Source: Haliotis cracherodii (lineage: Eukaryota). From it: DNA of 64,000 nucleotides. The notes beneath the pieces are model-generated. The model was not told where the DNA came from. It ran no database searches and saw only the letters and a list, made by a program, of their open reading frames with translations. Where the stretch lies: positions 41,106,001 to 41,170,000 of the forward strand of contig NW_027266319.1 in the NCBI RefSeq assembly GCF_022045235.1, written 5' to 3'. This document shows positions 1 through 12,710 of this stretch, piece by piece (the stretch's first letter is position 1; each line of letters starts with the position of its first letter). Both the position numbers and the translations under genes were made by a program.

Positions 1-236
1 TACCGGAAAGTATACTTCTAAGAAGATTTATCGTACGAAGGTTTATGGTGTAAAACTGCTACGATTTGTCGTGCGAAGGTTTCTGGAATATAACTGCTGA
101 GATTTGTCATGCGAAAATTTCTGGAATATCTCTGCTAAGATTTGTCATGCGGAGGTTTATGGAATATCTCTACTAAGATTTGTCATGCGAAGGTTTATGG
201 AATATCTCTGCTAAGATTTGTCATGCGAAGGTTTCA
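1..236. repeat. 38-bp tandem minisatellite (~6 copies) in the presumed intron of caveolin A
   Basis: GAAGGTTTATGGAATATCTCTGCTAAGATTTGTCATGC-like unit recurs at 37, 75, 113, 151, 189, 227. Confidence 0.9.
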
Positions 237-457
237 ATGAACTATTTGAAAGCAGATGTCCTTGCTATTCATGCGTCAACATCTTCCGATGTTCCTTGTG
301 ATTGTGTTCACTCACCAAAGACTTGTAGTGAAATGTGTAAAAGAATACCTGGTGATTTGTTACGGTCAATTATGTCCGTAAAGTCTAAATATATGAACAT
401 GAAATAAATCCTAAGGCTATGTGGTATTTTTAACATGACGCCCTTTATTCGTTACAG

Positions 458-784
458 GTCCAGTTCGAAGACATCTTGGCGGAGCCCGCAGGTGCACACA
501 GCATTGACTGCTGCTGGAAGTTTACCAACACATGCTTCAACTGCGCCTTCAAATGCTGCTACATGTTGATGACCCTGTGTGGACCTATCTACGGTCTCTG
601 CTATGGTTGGCAGTACGCCATGCTTGCTTGTTCTCACATTTGGCAGTACACGCCACAGATCAGAGCTTGCGAAATCAACTGCATCATGTTCAGGAAAATA
701 TACACCATCTGCCTCAACTGCTGCCTGACGCCATTCTGCGAGTCCTGCGGTGCCTTCTTCAGCAGGATACAAGTCAAACAGTAA
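458..784 (+). CDS. Caveolin-family protein A, last coding exon (5' exon outside window)
   Basis: Acceptor tttattcgttacag|458; reads VQFEDILAEPAGAHSIDCCW...HIWQYTP...TPFCESCGAFFSRIQVKQ*; caveolin signature FEDxxAEP; AATAAA at 1191-1196. Confidence 0.93.
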   Translation, partial: VQFEDILAEPAGAHSIDCCWKFTNTCFNCAFKCCYMLMTLCGPIYGLCYGWQYAMLACSHIWQYTPQIRACEINCIMFRKIYTICLNCCLTPFCESCGAFFSRIQVKQ

Positions 785-1524
785 CTCAGCGACAACCTAT
801 AACCCTCCTGATATTCCTACAGAACTTTCCCCCAACTTTGGAAAATGTTGTGTTCTTGTCTGCCCTCCAGAACAATCACGAGGTCTGCTCGTTGACTTTT
901 TCGGCATCAAGCAGCGTCACGCGTATTTACAGTGCAATTGGGTATACCCTAGTCAAAAGAAATGTGTCAGTTCTTTCGTCTTGATCTTTACCTTCTTAAC
1001 CCGGGTTTGCCTCCATGTCGTCTTGGAAGTCGAGGAATCTGTAAATATTTCTCCTGTCAAGGAAACAAGGGACACAACTCGTGTGTTCCTGTTCCTGTGT
1101 TCGTGAAAAAGGGACTTGATCTCGACACACTGCATTAGAACAACAAAGTATTACGTTGTACATATTCGTATTCTCCGCGTTTCTGTGATCAATAAACCGT
1201 CTTTTATACAATGAAGTGTTTATCATACCCGTGTTGTAATATACTTGGAGATCATGGCTGTGGCTGAGTGAGTGAGTGGTCGTGATTATGGTTTTACGTC
1301 GCTTTTAGCAGTACTCTTGGGTTATATGGCTGTCGACAGGGGCTTCACACATTGTGAATATGATCAATTTCATGAATGATTGCAGATATATGAGGAATGG
1401 TTGCAGTAATAAGATGCCTGACTGCACAATATGATTGGAATGACATCACCAAAAGGCCGATGAGCGTGAAGTGATATTTGCATTAGGGCACATACGATTA
1501 TTATGAACTTAGTTGTTGTTATGT

Positions 1525-1844
1525 GGTGAGGTGAAATGGGGTTAACGTCACGATTATTGCACGTTTATAGCGACGTGCGTGCTCGTGTGTGTGTGGCTGC
1601 TTGTACTAGTCCGGACTAATGGCGGTTTTATAGTGTTAGCCCACTAAGATACCATGCCGCATGTTTAACCTGAATACCCCACTCAGACACTAATTCCGAG
1701 TTTTATCTTCTAAAAATGCCGAGCGCCAGGTTGGGTAACAACAAGTACCATCTTTTAACGTCCTTTGGTATGACGCGGTCAGGGATCAAACCCAAGACCT
1801 TCCGTCCGGGCAGACACCGTATCCACTCGACCACGGAGGCGGTC
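1525..1844 (-). mobile_element. tRNA-headed SINE family 2 (Meta/MESC-like central domain)
   Basis: Reverse-complement match to the copies at 12488 and 35927 (GACCGCCTC head, CATACCAAAGGACGTTAAAAGATGGTACTTGTTGTTACCC core, CGTTAA..ATTTCACCTCACC tail). Confidence 0.75.
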
Positions 1845-2166
1845 TACATATTTCTATCCCCATAGGTAATAATTACAATAAACGTTTTGATTTAGACACG
1901 TCGAAGAGCCATTGCAACATGGGGGCAATAACAAATACATTCTCCAGGAGTGGGGGCGTAGTTGAGTGATTATAGCATTGGCTCGAAATGCCATGTTAAA
2001 ATCCCCAATTCGGGACAATTAATATAATATGTCTGGAATAATAGGCATAGAACCAAACTCACACACTTCCAAACTTCAGACTGACTCTATTATGCGTCGA
2101 GTCTAAACGAGGGAATATAGTCAGCTGCATTCGAGCAACAACATCGCGAACTGCAAACACCATGCA

Positions 2167-2328
2167 TGAGTGAGTATGGTTTTACGCCGCTTTTAGCAAT
2201 ATTCCAGCAATATCACGGCGAGGGACACCGGAAATGGGCTTCACACATTGTACCCATGTCGAGAATCGAACCTGTGTCTTCGGCATGACGAGCGAACGCT
2301 TTAACCACCAGGCTATCCCACCCCGCCC
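2167..2328 (-). mobile_element. tRNA-derived SINE family 1
   Basis: A-box/B-box head, GCTAAAAGCGGCGTAAAACCATA tail with (CTCA)n; flanking direct repeat AAACACCATG. Confidence 0.9.
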
Positions 2329-2403
2329 TGAAACACCATGAGCAACTATCCACGACACCGGGACACTTCGGCACACGATCAGTCATGGCAGTGCCTGACC
2401 ACC

Positions 2404-2578
2404 CGATACCGATACCGATACTGAATGATACCGATATCGATATCAAACCGAATGATACCGATGCCGATACCGATAACAAATCATACCGATATCGATACCA
2501 ATACCAAATGATACCGATATCGATATCGATACAGAAAGATACCGATGCCGATACCGAATGGTACCGATACCTTTATCG
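2404..2578. repeat. GATACC/GATATC hexamer-derived low-complexity repeat
   Basis: Directly visible reiteration of GATACC/GATATC/GATGCC. Confidence 0.85.
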
Positions 2579-2656
2579 ATTCTTACGGGCACGGAGAGCC
2601 TATTTTGTAGCTGGGATATCCACAGACAATCGTTATTCAACAGCGTTTATCAACAA

Positions 2657-2846
2657 GTTTGTTTGTTGTTTAACGCCGCAATCTGCAATATTCTAGCTAT
2701 ATGACGGTGGTCTGTAAATAATTCAGCCTGGTCCCGACAATCAAGTGATTGACATCATGAGCATCGATCTACGCAATTGGTATCCGATGACATGCCTCAA
2801 CTAAGTCAGCGAGCCTGACCACCCGATCCCGTTAGTCGCCTCTTAA
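2657..2846 (-). mobile_element. SINE family 3 (V-domain/RUDI-like), partial
   Basis: Reverse complement of AAGAGGCGACTAACGGGATCGGGTGGTCAGGCTCGCTGAC...GCGGCGTTAAACAACAAAC, shared with many copies in the window. Confidence 0.8.
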
Positions 2847-3178
2847 TGGTTGCGATCTTCATTGGATTGTTTGTCTCATCTCGATAGAGCTATTTTCAGG
2901 CCACTATGAGATAACATACAGCTAAAGGGTCGTGACATATTTACTCACTTACCTGTATGGCAATGTCAATGCTCATCTTAATTGATATTATTGTATAAAT
3001 AATGTATTGTTTAAGAGTCAGCGACATACTAAACTACAGTGTGATTTGAAGAATCGGGTATTTTTGGAATGAAAAGAAAGATCATTACACTCATGCTTAT
3101 CGCTATTGATTAAACTATTCAAGAACAATTTGCAGCGTTGAAGTTTAACGTATTGGGGAAAACCTTAGAGGCCATATA

Positions 3179-3290
3179 GTGAGTGAGTGAGTTGCTTTTA
3201 GCAATATTCCAGCAATGTCAGGGCGGGGGACACAGAAATGAGCTTCACACATTGTACCCATGTCGGGAATCAAACCCGGGTCTTCGGCGT
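3179..3290 (-). mobile_element. SINE family 1, 5'-truncated
   Basis: Matches family 1 tail and body up to the B-box. Confidence 0.8.
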
Positions 3291-3347
3291 AGAGACCCTA
3301 TTGAGATCCTCACGATTTATAATGTAGCACATAAAAACATAAGCTGT

Positions 3348-3655
3348 GAACAAGTACTTCCAGAACAAGTACCTCCAGAACAAGTACTTCCAGAACAAGT
3401 ACCTCCAGAACAAGTACCTCCAGAACAAGTACCTCCAGAAGAAACACCTCCAGAACAAGTACTTCCAGAACAAGTACCTCCAGAACAAGTACCTTCAGAA
3501 CAAGCACCTCCAGAACAAGCACCTCCAGAACAAGTACCTCCAGAACAAACACCTCAAGAACAAGCACCTCCAGAACAAGTACCTCCAGAACAAGTACCTC
3601 CAGAACAAGCACCTCCAGAACAAGTACCTCCAGAACAAGTACCTCCAGAACAAGT
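3348..3655. repeat. 15-bp minisatellite GAACAAGTACCTCCA (~20 copies)
   Basis: Directly visible tandem array. Confidence 0.95.
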
Positions 3656-5243
3656 TATCGTTGTTATCCTGGCCCAGCTCTGGCGATCCGCCCCAACAAA
3701 AAATTCATGCGTGTACATCTTTTTCGCAGTACAGATCCGAAAGCATATATTTATTAAAACAATCACCCACTTTAAATTCTCCTCCTTAGCTCTATTAGCC
3801 TGTACTTGAAATTAAGAGACTTAGGGGTAAATAAATAAATAAACAAACAAATAAATAAATAGATAAATAATCATAAAACTTAATATTTATACAGCGCTAG
3901 AATCATTCATAGAAGTATTCTAATTCAACCTTATAAGTTATTTCATTTTGGGATCTACTCAGTTTTAGGCTTACAGTCGCAAGGCAATAACATGGGTCAA
4001 ATACGTGGCAGCAGCAATAGGCAACAGAACCTGGAAATTATGTAAATGCACTTGACGACTTGATTGTCTCGAAAGAGGCATCAGTTTTTGATTCTCGAAG
4101 TGGTGGAAGCTCAACTTTTGTATTTCCAGGTAACCGCACTTGGCAAGTAGATCAAAGGAAAGCTTCATTTGCCTCTGCTGTTGTTGCGGTTCGAAGCCGG
4201 CCAAAGAGCACATAGTTTCAACTAGCATTTTCATATTTTTATGCCACTGACAACCGACACAGATATATTTACACTAAAACCACCTACACAAACATAAAAC
4301 TTACATGAAGCAGTTAGCGAAACAACGCATAGGTAGGCTACAAGCTGGTCTGCTGATATTAGTGTACTAGTATTTGTGATGATTATTGCCAACAGTGTCA
4401 AAATGCCATTTCTCAAAAGTAAGAACGATAATATTTTCGTTGTAATCTCGCATGAGAAATTGTTATTTTTACATTATATATTAAAGTCTATAGCTGCTCG
4501 ATTTCATGAGACTGAATCAACTTAAACATTATTGTCTGGGATAGCAGCAAACATAAACAAATTGCAGATCATGCAATGACTGCCTTTAAATACAAAAAAA
4601 ATACGATTTATAACTTTGAAACATAAAGTATCGAACACGTGCAACTACTCTGTTAACTCTTTCTAGATTTAGAGTTTTTCAGATAGTCAAGTACTGGCAA
4701 AATGAGAGCGACAGTTACACTGGCCAATGGTTATTGGGTCAGGCCTATTTGGCTGGTTATAGTAAGACTCGAGTCTTTGAAATGAAAATGAACAACGAAA
4801 TATCTTTTAAATATGATAGAAGGTGTCTAGACTTTTCTATCATAGACTTGCACGAGCATTGTTTTCATCGTTATATTTCAGGGTCTGTATGACCGCCTTG
4901 CCTGGTCCCATCCACCTACACGTGGAAGCATGGTTATTAACATAAAGGATACATGGTGCATGATACCAGGAATTAAATATTAATGATATTCTTTACTGAA
5001 AAATAATGCTTAAAATTGAATATACAGACGTGCTTGTCTACGGCATTAACATTCAAATTATGGCATTTGCGATATTGTCTTCGTCCTAACTAATAATTAA
5101 GCATTAACTTTTACTAACTATGAAAGCAATACACTGTTATTTGATAGTACAACATCCGAGATCCATCACAGGCTTACTCCAGTGCTAGATAACAGCTGTG
5201 GACTTGGTTGTTTAGATGACTATAATATAAAATGTATCCCGCC

Positions 5244-5392
5244 AAATTTGTCATATGAAACCCAACTCTAGTTACCTTTCTCATGTGATGATAAACAGAG
5301 TGTGTCATCAATCCATATACCAGTATCCTAACACACCCTACTTATCATAACTTTAGAAAGGCAACAAGAGTTCGGTTTAATATGACAAATTT
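5244..5392. mobile_element. Small fold-back/MITE-like inverted repeat
   Basis: 5244-5281 AAATTTGTCATATGAAACCCAACTCTAGTTACCTTTCT is a near-perfect reverse complement of 5355-5392. Confidence 0.6.
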
Positions 5393-6599
5393 AGAAGGAT
5401 CAAGTTGTGATAGCCGGCAAGTTGTTATGCTTTAATATATTTCATCTTCAGTTATATATTGGCTTGCTTATTTGTTGGGTACATTTGACTAATGACGGTT
5501 TATCATTAACGAGGAGAGCAGGGTCAGCACCCCGGCTTGTAATATGATACGCAACAGTTTTTCTCTTGACCAATGAAAGATCGAAAAATAAACATATCGG
5601 TTTAAGTTGTTGCTTGATTGACAGTGTCAATTAAGAGAAGGGGTCTTTTATTTATCGGTGAATTCTTTGCTCTCTATAGATCTCAATACACCCTTGAATA
5701 TTATTGTAAGTTGCCCAATACCATTAAATTGACAAGACTATTTTCCAACAACAGCACCAAACAATTAAGAAATATGAAAATTTACAAATATACTAATGTC
5801 AGTTGTGGGTGGAAAACCCAAAGCGATGAAGGTCTTTGACGTTTAATTGATTGGTGAAACTAGCGTGTAGGGGTATGGTGTTGACAGACCTGGAAACATA
5901 ATCAGGGCAAAACGGGATTCGAACCCACCAGCATAGGACCTTCACAGCGAATTACGGTTTCTTAGATGACTGGGACACTCGTAGTCTTGCATCTTTTAAC
6001 TGTGTAGGGTGAAAGCTGAATTGTCAATTTATAGACTGACTTTTGAGGTCTTTCTTCTGCATACACGACGACCTTGCCCAGACTGTGTGAATCACTGGCA
6101 AACATACACTGACAAGTACCTATTCCTGGGTGTTAGGTTAGGGCGATGTGTCATCACTGTACATTGAAGAGATAAGACTTTTAATTAATTTCGTAGACAA
6201 ACAGCACCCAATGTCCAAACACATACAAATTGTTGCAACTGTTAATATGAAGGCAGTATTAGCCAGAAATTAGCATGACCATGACCATGACATGCACACC
6301 GCACAGGAACGCAAAAATCAAGATTGTTATCCAATCAGAAAAAGTCCTAAACATGTACCTCCTTAGCAGCAAATGGCCAGAAAGGAAAAAAATAAACAAT
6401 TCAGTTTCCAAATCGTCTTGCTCCTATGGGCGTTTATGAATAATAGTAGTGGTTTATTTCAGTAAATCAGGCCACAGGCCCATTTACAATATATATTCAA
6501 GCATTCAAACATGTTGCGCCACAAGTGCATGTAGTAATATCAATACTAATCAGTACAAGGGTATCTGAGACCATATACATATGGTGGTAGAATAGTAGT

Positions 6600-6990
6600 T
6601 TATATAATGGACAACTGCTTGCTCCTCATTTTAAGAGCAAAGAATGTAAACTTGGCAAGATTATTGATTGTGAAAGCATTACTGGTGGTAAATAAGACTT
6701 TACATTTATGCTCTGATGGAGATGTTTAATAATAACTTGGCAGAAAGTTTCTTCTAAGACCGTCATAAAACGGACAAACTAAACAAACATGGTATTCGGT
6801 TTCTACATTTTGAATGATACAAAATGGAGAAGGTCTTTCACATTTTGGAATACCTAACTTTCTACCCTGTGATACCATAAGATCACTGCTCGACGTGCGA
6901 AACTGTGAGAGAGTAATCCTAAATGCAGCAATATTCACAACACTTAAATAATTTTCATATTCATTTGATAGCTTAATTGTTTTATACAAA
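6600..6990 (-). mobile_element. 3' fragment of a non-LTR retrotransposon (LINE ORF2 C-terminus)
   Basis: ORF 6726-6989: LSQFRTSSSDLMVSQGR..ERPSPFC..VETEYHVCLVCPFY..LR, the typical C-terminal Cys/His region of invertebrate LINE ORF2. Confidence 0.8.
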
Positions 6991-8047
6991 TATATGTTTA
7001 TGAATGTTATACTCGCTCATCGTCATTTATTCGCGTCTCGTACATTCATAAATATACCGCAGACGTCATGCACGTGCATTTCATGCAAAATGTGATATGT
7101 TGTACATTGCTACAATACATTAATAGATTTTCATCCAAATAAAAACTGATGTGAGTCGGGTCTTTTTATCATTGATATTTTTATGTTTGAAACAAATTTT
7201 AAAAATCAAACGTCGACAGATGTGATTCACATGAAGCGTGACTGTTTGGTAAGTGTATTCATGTGTAAAGAAAGAAGGGAACAGTTACTTTCTTCGTGTG
7301 TGTGTTGGTACCTGTGGACAATAACATGGTGAGAGGCTGGTGATTGGTACGGAGCCGGAAGAAATCTAATGATTTTTTAAGAATTCAATTCATTATTGTC
7401 AATAGGAGACAACGACCCTACAGTATATCACTGACACGCATAGGCACTGTCACCCTGCCGCGTGGTGGTGTCATGTGAGAGAGGTCCAGGGTGGGAGAGC
7501 GTCCTCTGGGTGATACCCTACTCTCAACAAAGGTGAGTGAGAGTTCGTCCGGACAATCTCTAAACATGACAGGCATATCCCCTTAATGTATTATTTGACT
7601 CGTCAAGTAGCGTCGACAAAGTTATCGAGAGTATTCTATGCTTGTCCGAATCGACTGATGAGTATCGGTCGTTTACAATGTAAGAAACAATTAGGAGGAA
7701 ACGGTTACAATGTAGGACACAAATGTAGGAAATTTGTTAAGGTGTTTGCAAGTATCTTCTAAAATGCTCGAAGCCCGAAGCTCGAAGTCATATGTGACAT
7801 ATCGATTCAACGCGTGTCTACAATGAGGACAATGAGAGAGAATCTGAATAAATATGATATATTATTGACTTGCGTATTTTATGAATATACACAGTGACAT
7901 TGTTGCTACAATATGGATTAAAGTTGATACATTCCCGGATGCATCGATACAGTACCACACCTGACTTCAAGCACAAGGTTCCTGTCAGCTGGTTCCTCTC
8001 TCCTCTGCTTGGATTCCCCGGATACCTGGTTTTACACGTGAGTCGAG

Positions 8048-8222
8048 GTGAGTGAGTGAGTGAGTGAGTATGGTTTTACGCCGCTTCTAGCAATATTCCA
8101 GCAATATCACGGCGGGGAACACCAGAAATCGGCTTCACACATTGTACCCATGTCGGAAATCGAACCCGGGTCTTCGGCGTGACGAGCGAACGCTTTAACC
8201 ACTAGGCTACCCGACCGCCCCC
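8048..8222 (-). mobile_element. SINE family 1
   Basis: Full-length consensus match; TSD-like CGTGAG(T/G)CGAGGTG. Confidence 0.92.
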
Positions 8223-8566
8223 GTGAGGCGAGGTGTTCTCACTGTCTTTGTGAATATTTATTCTAAAATAATATGTAGGATATAGTGAACGAGAAAGTTA
8301 AAATGTAATTAATGCTGAACGGTTAATATGAATATGTAGATAATAAAACTATTTTAATAGTTATAATTAGATGCTTAAATAAAATTATTTTATCTTAAAT
8401 AATTATATGCATTAAAGTAAAGCTTTCAGAGATATTTGTAGATGTCATGTAAATGTAGCTGTAAATTACACGATTTTCTTTCATAAAATATTAAAACATC
8501 AAACATACACCACCACTCCGAATTTGTGGTCCGTTACAGAATACTATCTTAATTATAACACAAGAA

Positions 8567-8790
8567 ACCCGTGAATATACGGTTTAGAATTAGTCTTCAG
8601 CTGCCCAGGCTTGTTAGTGGCGCCTAACGAGATCTGGTGGTCAGGCTCGCTGACTTGGTATTCTTAATGTGTAGATCGATGCTCCTGATGTCAATCACTT
8701 GATTGTCTAGTCCAGACTCGATTATTTACAGACCGCCGTCATATAGCTGCCCATATTGCCGAGTGCGACGTTAAACAACAAACAAACAAC
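8567..8790 (+). mobile_element. SINE family 3 (V-domain/RUDI-like)
   Basis: ACCCGTGAA..GGTTTAGAATTAGTCTTCAGC head, (AAAC)n tail. Confidence 0.8.
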
Positions 8791-8989
8791 GGAAGAAAGG
8801 TTAAACTGAAACAGAAGGCGCGAAAGATACTGAGATTTCATTATTTTCATTCTAAATTTTCGGAATTACGCGGATTCATACAGTTTGCATGTCGTTCTTT
8901 CGATTCATACCTCAGTATAATACATAGACAATCCTTAACATATCAGGCAATAACACGTAACTAAAACCCCGTCCATTGCCTCATCAACT

Positions 8990-9330
8990 CGGTGGTCCAG
9001 GAGTCTAGGGGTATAAGCGTCCGACCGGAGAGCGGAAGGTCCGGGGTTCGATCCCCGGCCGCGTCATACCAAAAGAAGTTAAAATTGATGCTTGTTGTTA
9101 CCCTGCCCGCCGCTCGGCATTAAGGAGCTAAAACAAGGACTGGTAGGCTTGGAGTCAGTGTACAGTGTCTGAGTGGGCTATTAATTTTAAACTGCGGCAC
9201 TGTATTTCTGTATAAAATCGGCATCAGTCCGGACTGGTGCAAGCACCCCCACACACACACGCGTGCATGCACGTCGTTATATAAGTGCAGTGATCTTGGA
9301 GGCGACGTCAAACCCATTTCACCTCACCAA
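8990..9330 (+). mobile_element. SINE family 2 (Meta/MESC-like)
   Basis: B-box GGTTCGATCCCC, CATACCAAAAGAAGTTAAAATTG core, CGTCAAACCCATTTCACCTCACC tail. Confidence 0.8.
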
Positions 9331-11026
9331 CTGCAACATCTGTTTTATCTTCATCATCTTCTACACAAATGGCGCACACGCACAATGCAGTATAACAAAG
9401 GCGTCGTACAGTCCCGTCTGGTTTCGCTGCTACGCAACAATTGAAAATCCATGAGAATATTCAAAATACATAAGGGAGTATCGAATATGTGGAAATATAT
9501 TGAATCTTCATTCATTATAACAGTGTCCGATCGACGAACGGCAATACAGTTGAGGCAATATGCATAAATGTTGTCAAAGCGAGTCCGTCATGGCCTTGAG
9601 TTCGATGCCCATCACGTCTGGCTGCTAGCATTGGGTATGTAATGGACGCATGTCAGGGAGTAGAAGCACAATTTGTTTATTTCTTATGTTCAGAATTTAA
9701 GTGATTCAGTTTTTATCTTGAATTGTCAGTCCAAATAGCAATGACCTGTGAGAATTCGCTTCTTATTAAAAAATGTTTTGCTGGCATTAGCTTTTTGTAA
9801 GCTCCAGAAAAATTTCAAGGAACGTTTGAAATTTATTTGTTATGTCCGACTTTCACTACCGTTCTTTATCATTGATGTTTCCGTTCTATGTTAAGATTTA
9901 CAGCTCAGTCTGACTTAGAAATATACTGTATATTTAATTCTGAATCAAAACAGAACATTTTAATTTTAATGTTTTCCTATAGAGAAGCAAAAGTATATAA
10001 ATCCAGATGAAACAAAAATATCGATTTATCACATGCATTCATTAATTTGTAGTATTTAGTGCTACAAACCTACATATACCTTATCTGTGTGCAGAGAACA
10101 GTATATCAGCCCGGAAAGCATCATTAGAGATAGTTTCAATGGCTGTTTATGAGTATTTATGTTCAATAATTGATGTCCAACTCGGTTAGGCTGGATCGTG
10201 AGGTTTCCGTTTCCGTTTTGGGGACCCAAACAACGTCTAGCTACCGTCCCTGTGTCAGGTTTTAGAATTAGAATCATACTCGGCACATTCCTTTCACGTT
10301 TCGTAGCCGAAGTTTACGTGAATACGTGAACATAATAGAACATTAGTTTGTCTAACCTGTCACCTTAGCAACAGGTATGCATGGAATAATCAAACAATAT
10401 TGTAAATCGTGGACGAATTCTTTACTCTCTGCAAAATCAGGCATTACATGTGAGACAGAAAATTGTAACTTGTAACTCATGATAACAACTGACATGCTTA
10501 AGTGTTAACAATACAATATTTTAAAATTCGTTAAAGTTGTTCAGCAATATATCTCATTCTTTGTGTATTTGTGATTGCAGTATTTTGCGTATTGTATGGT
10601 GTCATCCCATAGTTCACGTATCAATACGTATAGAAATACTTGAGTTACGAGACGTGTCAATTTGCGCTGTTTGTGCGTGAAATCCATTGTACCACGTGGT
10701 GTGGCTAACACGAGGATGTTGTAAAACTCGCTGGTATGCAATCAGATTTAGCAGCTTGTTCCGCGAGAGGCCGTGACGCTATTCTAGTGGTCACAAGGCA
10801 GGTTATTATTACTTTTTGAAAATAAATACAGAATCAAGCCATGAATTGATACAGTGGTAGACGTATCAGGTATCGTAACGTCAGGTGTAAATTCCCGATG
10901 TATCGATACATCGACACCGCTGGTCTCTTTAGTGAATTCACATTGAATTTTGCATTCATTTCATTTCAGTGATATGCTGCTCTGGTCCGGTTGTTGGAAG
11001 TAGTCGGTGTTAAAGTGGCTGAAACT

Positions 11027-12148
11027 ATGGGGGAGATGGACGTCAATGCAGCTGCAGAGGTTCATACGAAAACATTTGGGAGGAAAACAGTCATTCTGAT
11101 TTTGTTTTCTGTGATAATCACAACATGGCTATCTGTACACAAGAAACTAGAAGACATGGTTAATAAAACATTAAGAAATCAAGACATCTACCATGCAATG
11201 CGAGCACGATTTGATCACCTTAATTTCAACCTCCACCAAGTCTGCGGAACCGTCCCTCAAAACAAGGAGGATTTTGAAAGCATTTCTTTGACGAATGTGT
11301 CCAGATTTTCTACACCATGGCGAATTGATGAGCTTGTGTTTCATGAGGACAAATCACCCGTTCTTGTCAAAGGAAACATGCATTTCGCTGAAAATCAAAG
11401 CAGAGGCATTTTCTTTAGCTATCTCAAAGATTTCAATTTCTACAAACCAGTTTTGAACGCCGAGAATAGGAAAAGACTGATACAGACTCTAGAAGTGTTT
11501 GCGGACGTGTGTCGTAGGAACGGCATACGTCACTTCCTGTTTGGCGACACCTTGCTAGGTTTGTATCGGCACCAGGGATTCGTTCCATGGACAGGAAGTG
11601 CTCATGTTTATGTACACGAATCTGATTGGTTGAAATTACGTTCTTCTCTGATGGTCTTGCCTCATTTCAGCACTGCCGTGTTTGGGAACAAACCGTGGAA
11701 ATTTTATTCCAAGGAATATCAAGCTAACCATTCAGATCCATTTCCATATTTGGATATTTCCTTCTTTAGAAAAGACGTGTCCCATATATGGTCAGTAAAT
11801 CCTTCAGCAATGCCTTTGTTTCTGTATAAGAAAAGTGACGTCTTCCCATTGCAATGGAGACCTTTTGAACAGTTGTCTCTACCAGTTCCACGTAATATGG
11901 AATTCATACTCAAAGAATTTTACGGGAATGTGACTGATGACTGTCATTCTGACAACTTTCTTGTTGCCAGCTACGTCAGGAAGATCTCAAACTCGTTTGT
12001 CAACCTACCATGCAGGTTTCTGCATGCCGTCTACCCGTTTGTATTTCGTAAAACATCACGTGATACACTTACTGAAGTCTTAAAGGTAGGACACACTGTG
12101 CTGAGTTCAAGAACAGAAAAAATCCATATGCATAAAATAAAACATTAA
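11027..12148 (+). CDS. LicD/fukutin-related type II membrane protein (~373 aa) with degenerate catalytic motif
   Basis: Single coding exon after acceptor catttcag|10970; in-frame TGA at 10970 means the start is ATG 11027 or later. N-terminal TM KTVILILFSVIITTWLSV; LicD motif FLFGDTLLGLYRHQGFVPW; PYLDISFF; VFPLQWRPFEQLSLPVP; C-terminal PC..L...YPFV.R. Confidence 0.85.
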   Translation: MGEMDVNAAAEVHTKTFGRKTVILILFSVIITTWLSVHKKLEDMVNKTLRNQDIYHAMRARFDHLNFNLHQVCGTVPQNKEDFESISLTNVSRFSTPWRIDELVFHEDKSPVLVKGNMHFAENQSRGIFFSYLKDFNFYKPVLNAENRKRLIQTLEVFADVCRRNGIRHFLFGDTLLGLYRHQGFVPWTGSAHVYVHESDWLKLRSSLMVLPHFSTAVFGNKPWKFYSKEYQANHSDPFPYLDISFFRKDVSHIWSVNPSAMPLFLYKKSDVFPLQWRPFEQLSLPVPRNMEFILKEFYGNVTDDCHSDNFLVASYVRKISNSFVNLPCRFLHAVYPFVFRKTSRDTLTEVLKVGHTVLSSRTEKIHMHKIKH

Positions 12149-12215
12149 TATTCAACACGAAGTTTGTTTGTGACTTGGTCCATCACCACTGTATTTAGAT
12201 GTTGTTATTCGTTCA

Positions 12216-12381
12216 GTGAGTGAGTGAAATTGATTTTACGCCGCTTTTAGCAATATTCCAGCAATTTCACGGCGGGGGACACCATAAATGGGCTTCACAC
12301 ATTGTACCCATGTCGGGAATCGAACCCGGGTCTTCGGCGTGACGAGCGAACGCTTATACCACTAGGCCACCCGACCGCCCC
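12216..12381 (-). mobile_element. SINE family 1
   Basis: Consensus match; TSD GTTATTCGTTCAG. Confidence 0.9.
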
Positions 12382-12487
12382 TGTGTTATTCGTTCAGGTG
12401 CTAGAGGGATACTTTTTACTCGGTGTGGTGAATGTTGTTTAATATCAAGCGCATATTAAGGCAACGTATTGATATTTGAGTCTTGGG

Positions 12488-12710
12488 GACCGCCTCATTG
12501 GTCTAGTGGTAGAGCGTCCACCCGGAGAGCGGAAGGTCCGGGGTTCGATCCCCGGCCGCGTCATACTTAAAGACGTTAAAAGATGGTACTTGTTGTTACC
12601 CTGTCTGGCGCTCGGCATTAAGGGGCTAAAACAAGGACTGGTCGGCTCGGAGTCAGTATACTGTGTCTGAGTGGTGAATTCGCGAAGTTAAACCCAATTT
12701 CACCTCACCT
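12488..12710 (+). mobile_element. SINE family 2 (internally deleted)
   Basis: A/B boxes, Meta-like core; TSD TTGAGTCTTGG. Confidence 0.85.

Noticed and set aside
452-984. Antisense and alternate-frame ORFs over caveolin exons (also 20328, 30160, 32213, 44852, 51932, 60488, 43985, 50656)
   Set aside because: Shadow ORFs; their recurrence just reflects caveolin paralogy
2385-2696. Asp/Thr/Ile/Pro-repeat ORF
   Set aside because: Product of the GATACC hexamer repeat flanked by SINE fragments
3183-3809. 208-aa ORF with EQVPP repeats (and NKYLQ/VLVLE frames)
   Set aside because: Starts inside a SINE, open only because the 15-bp unit lacks stops, no credible start or splice context
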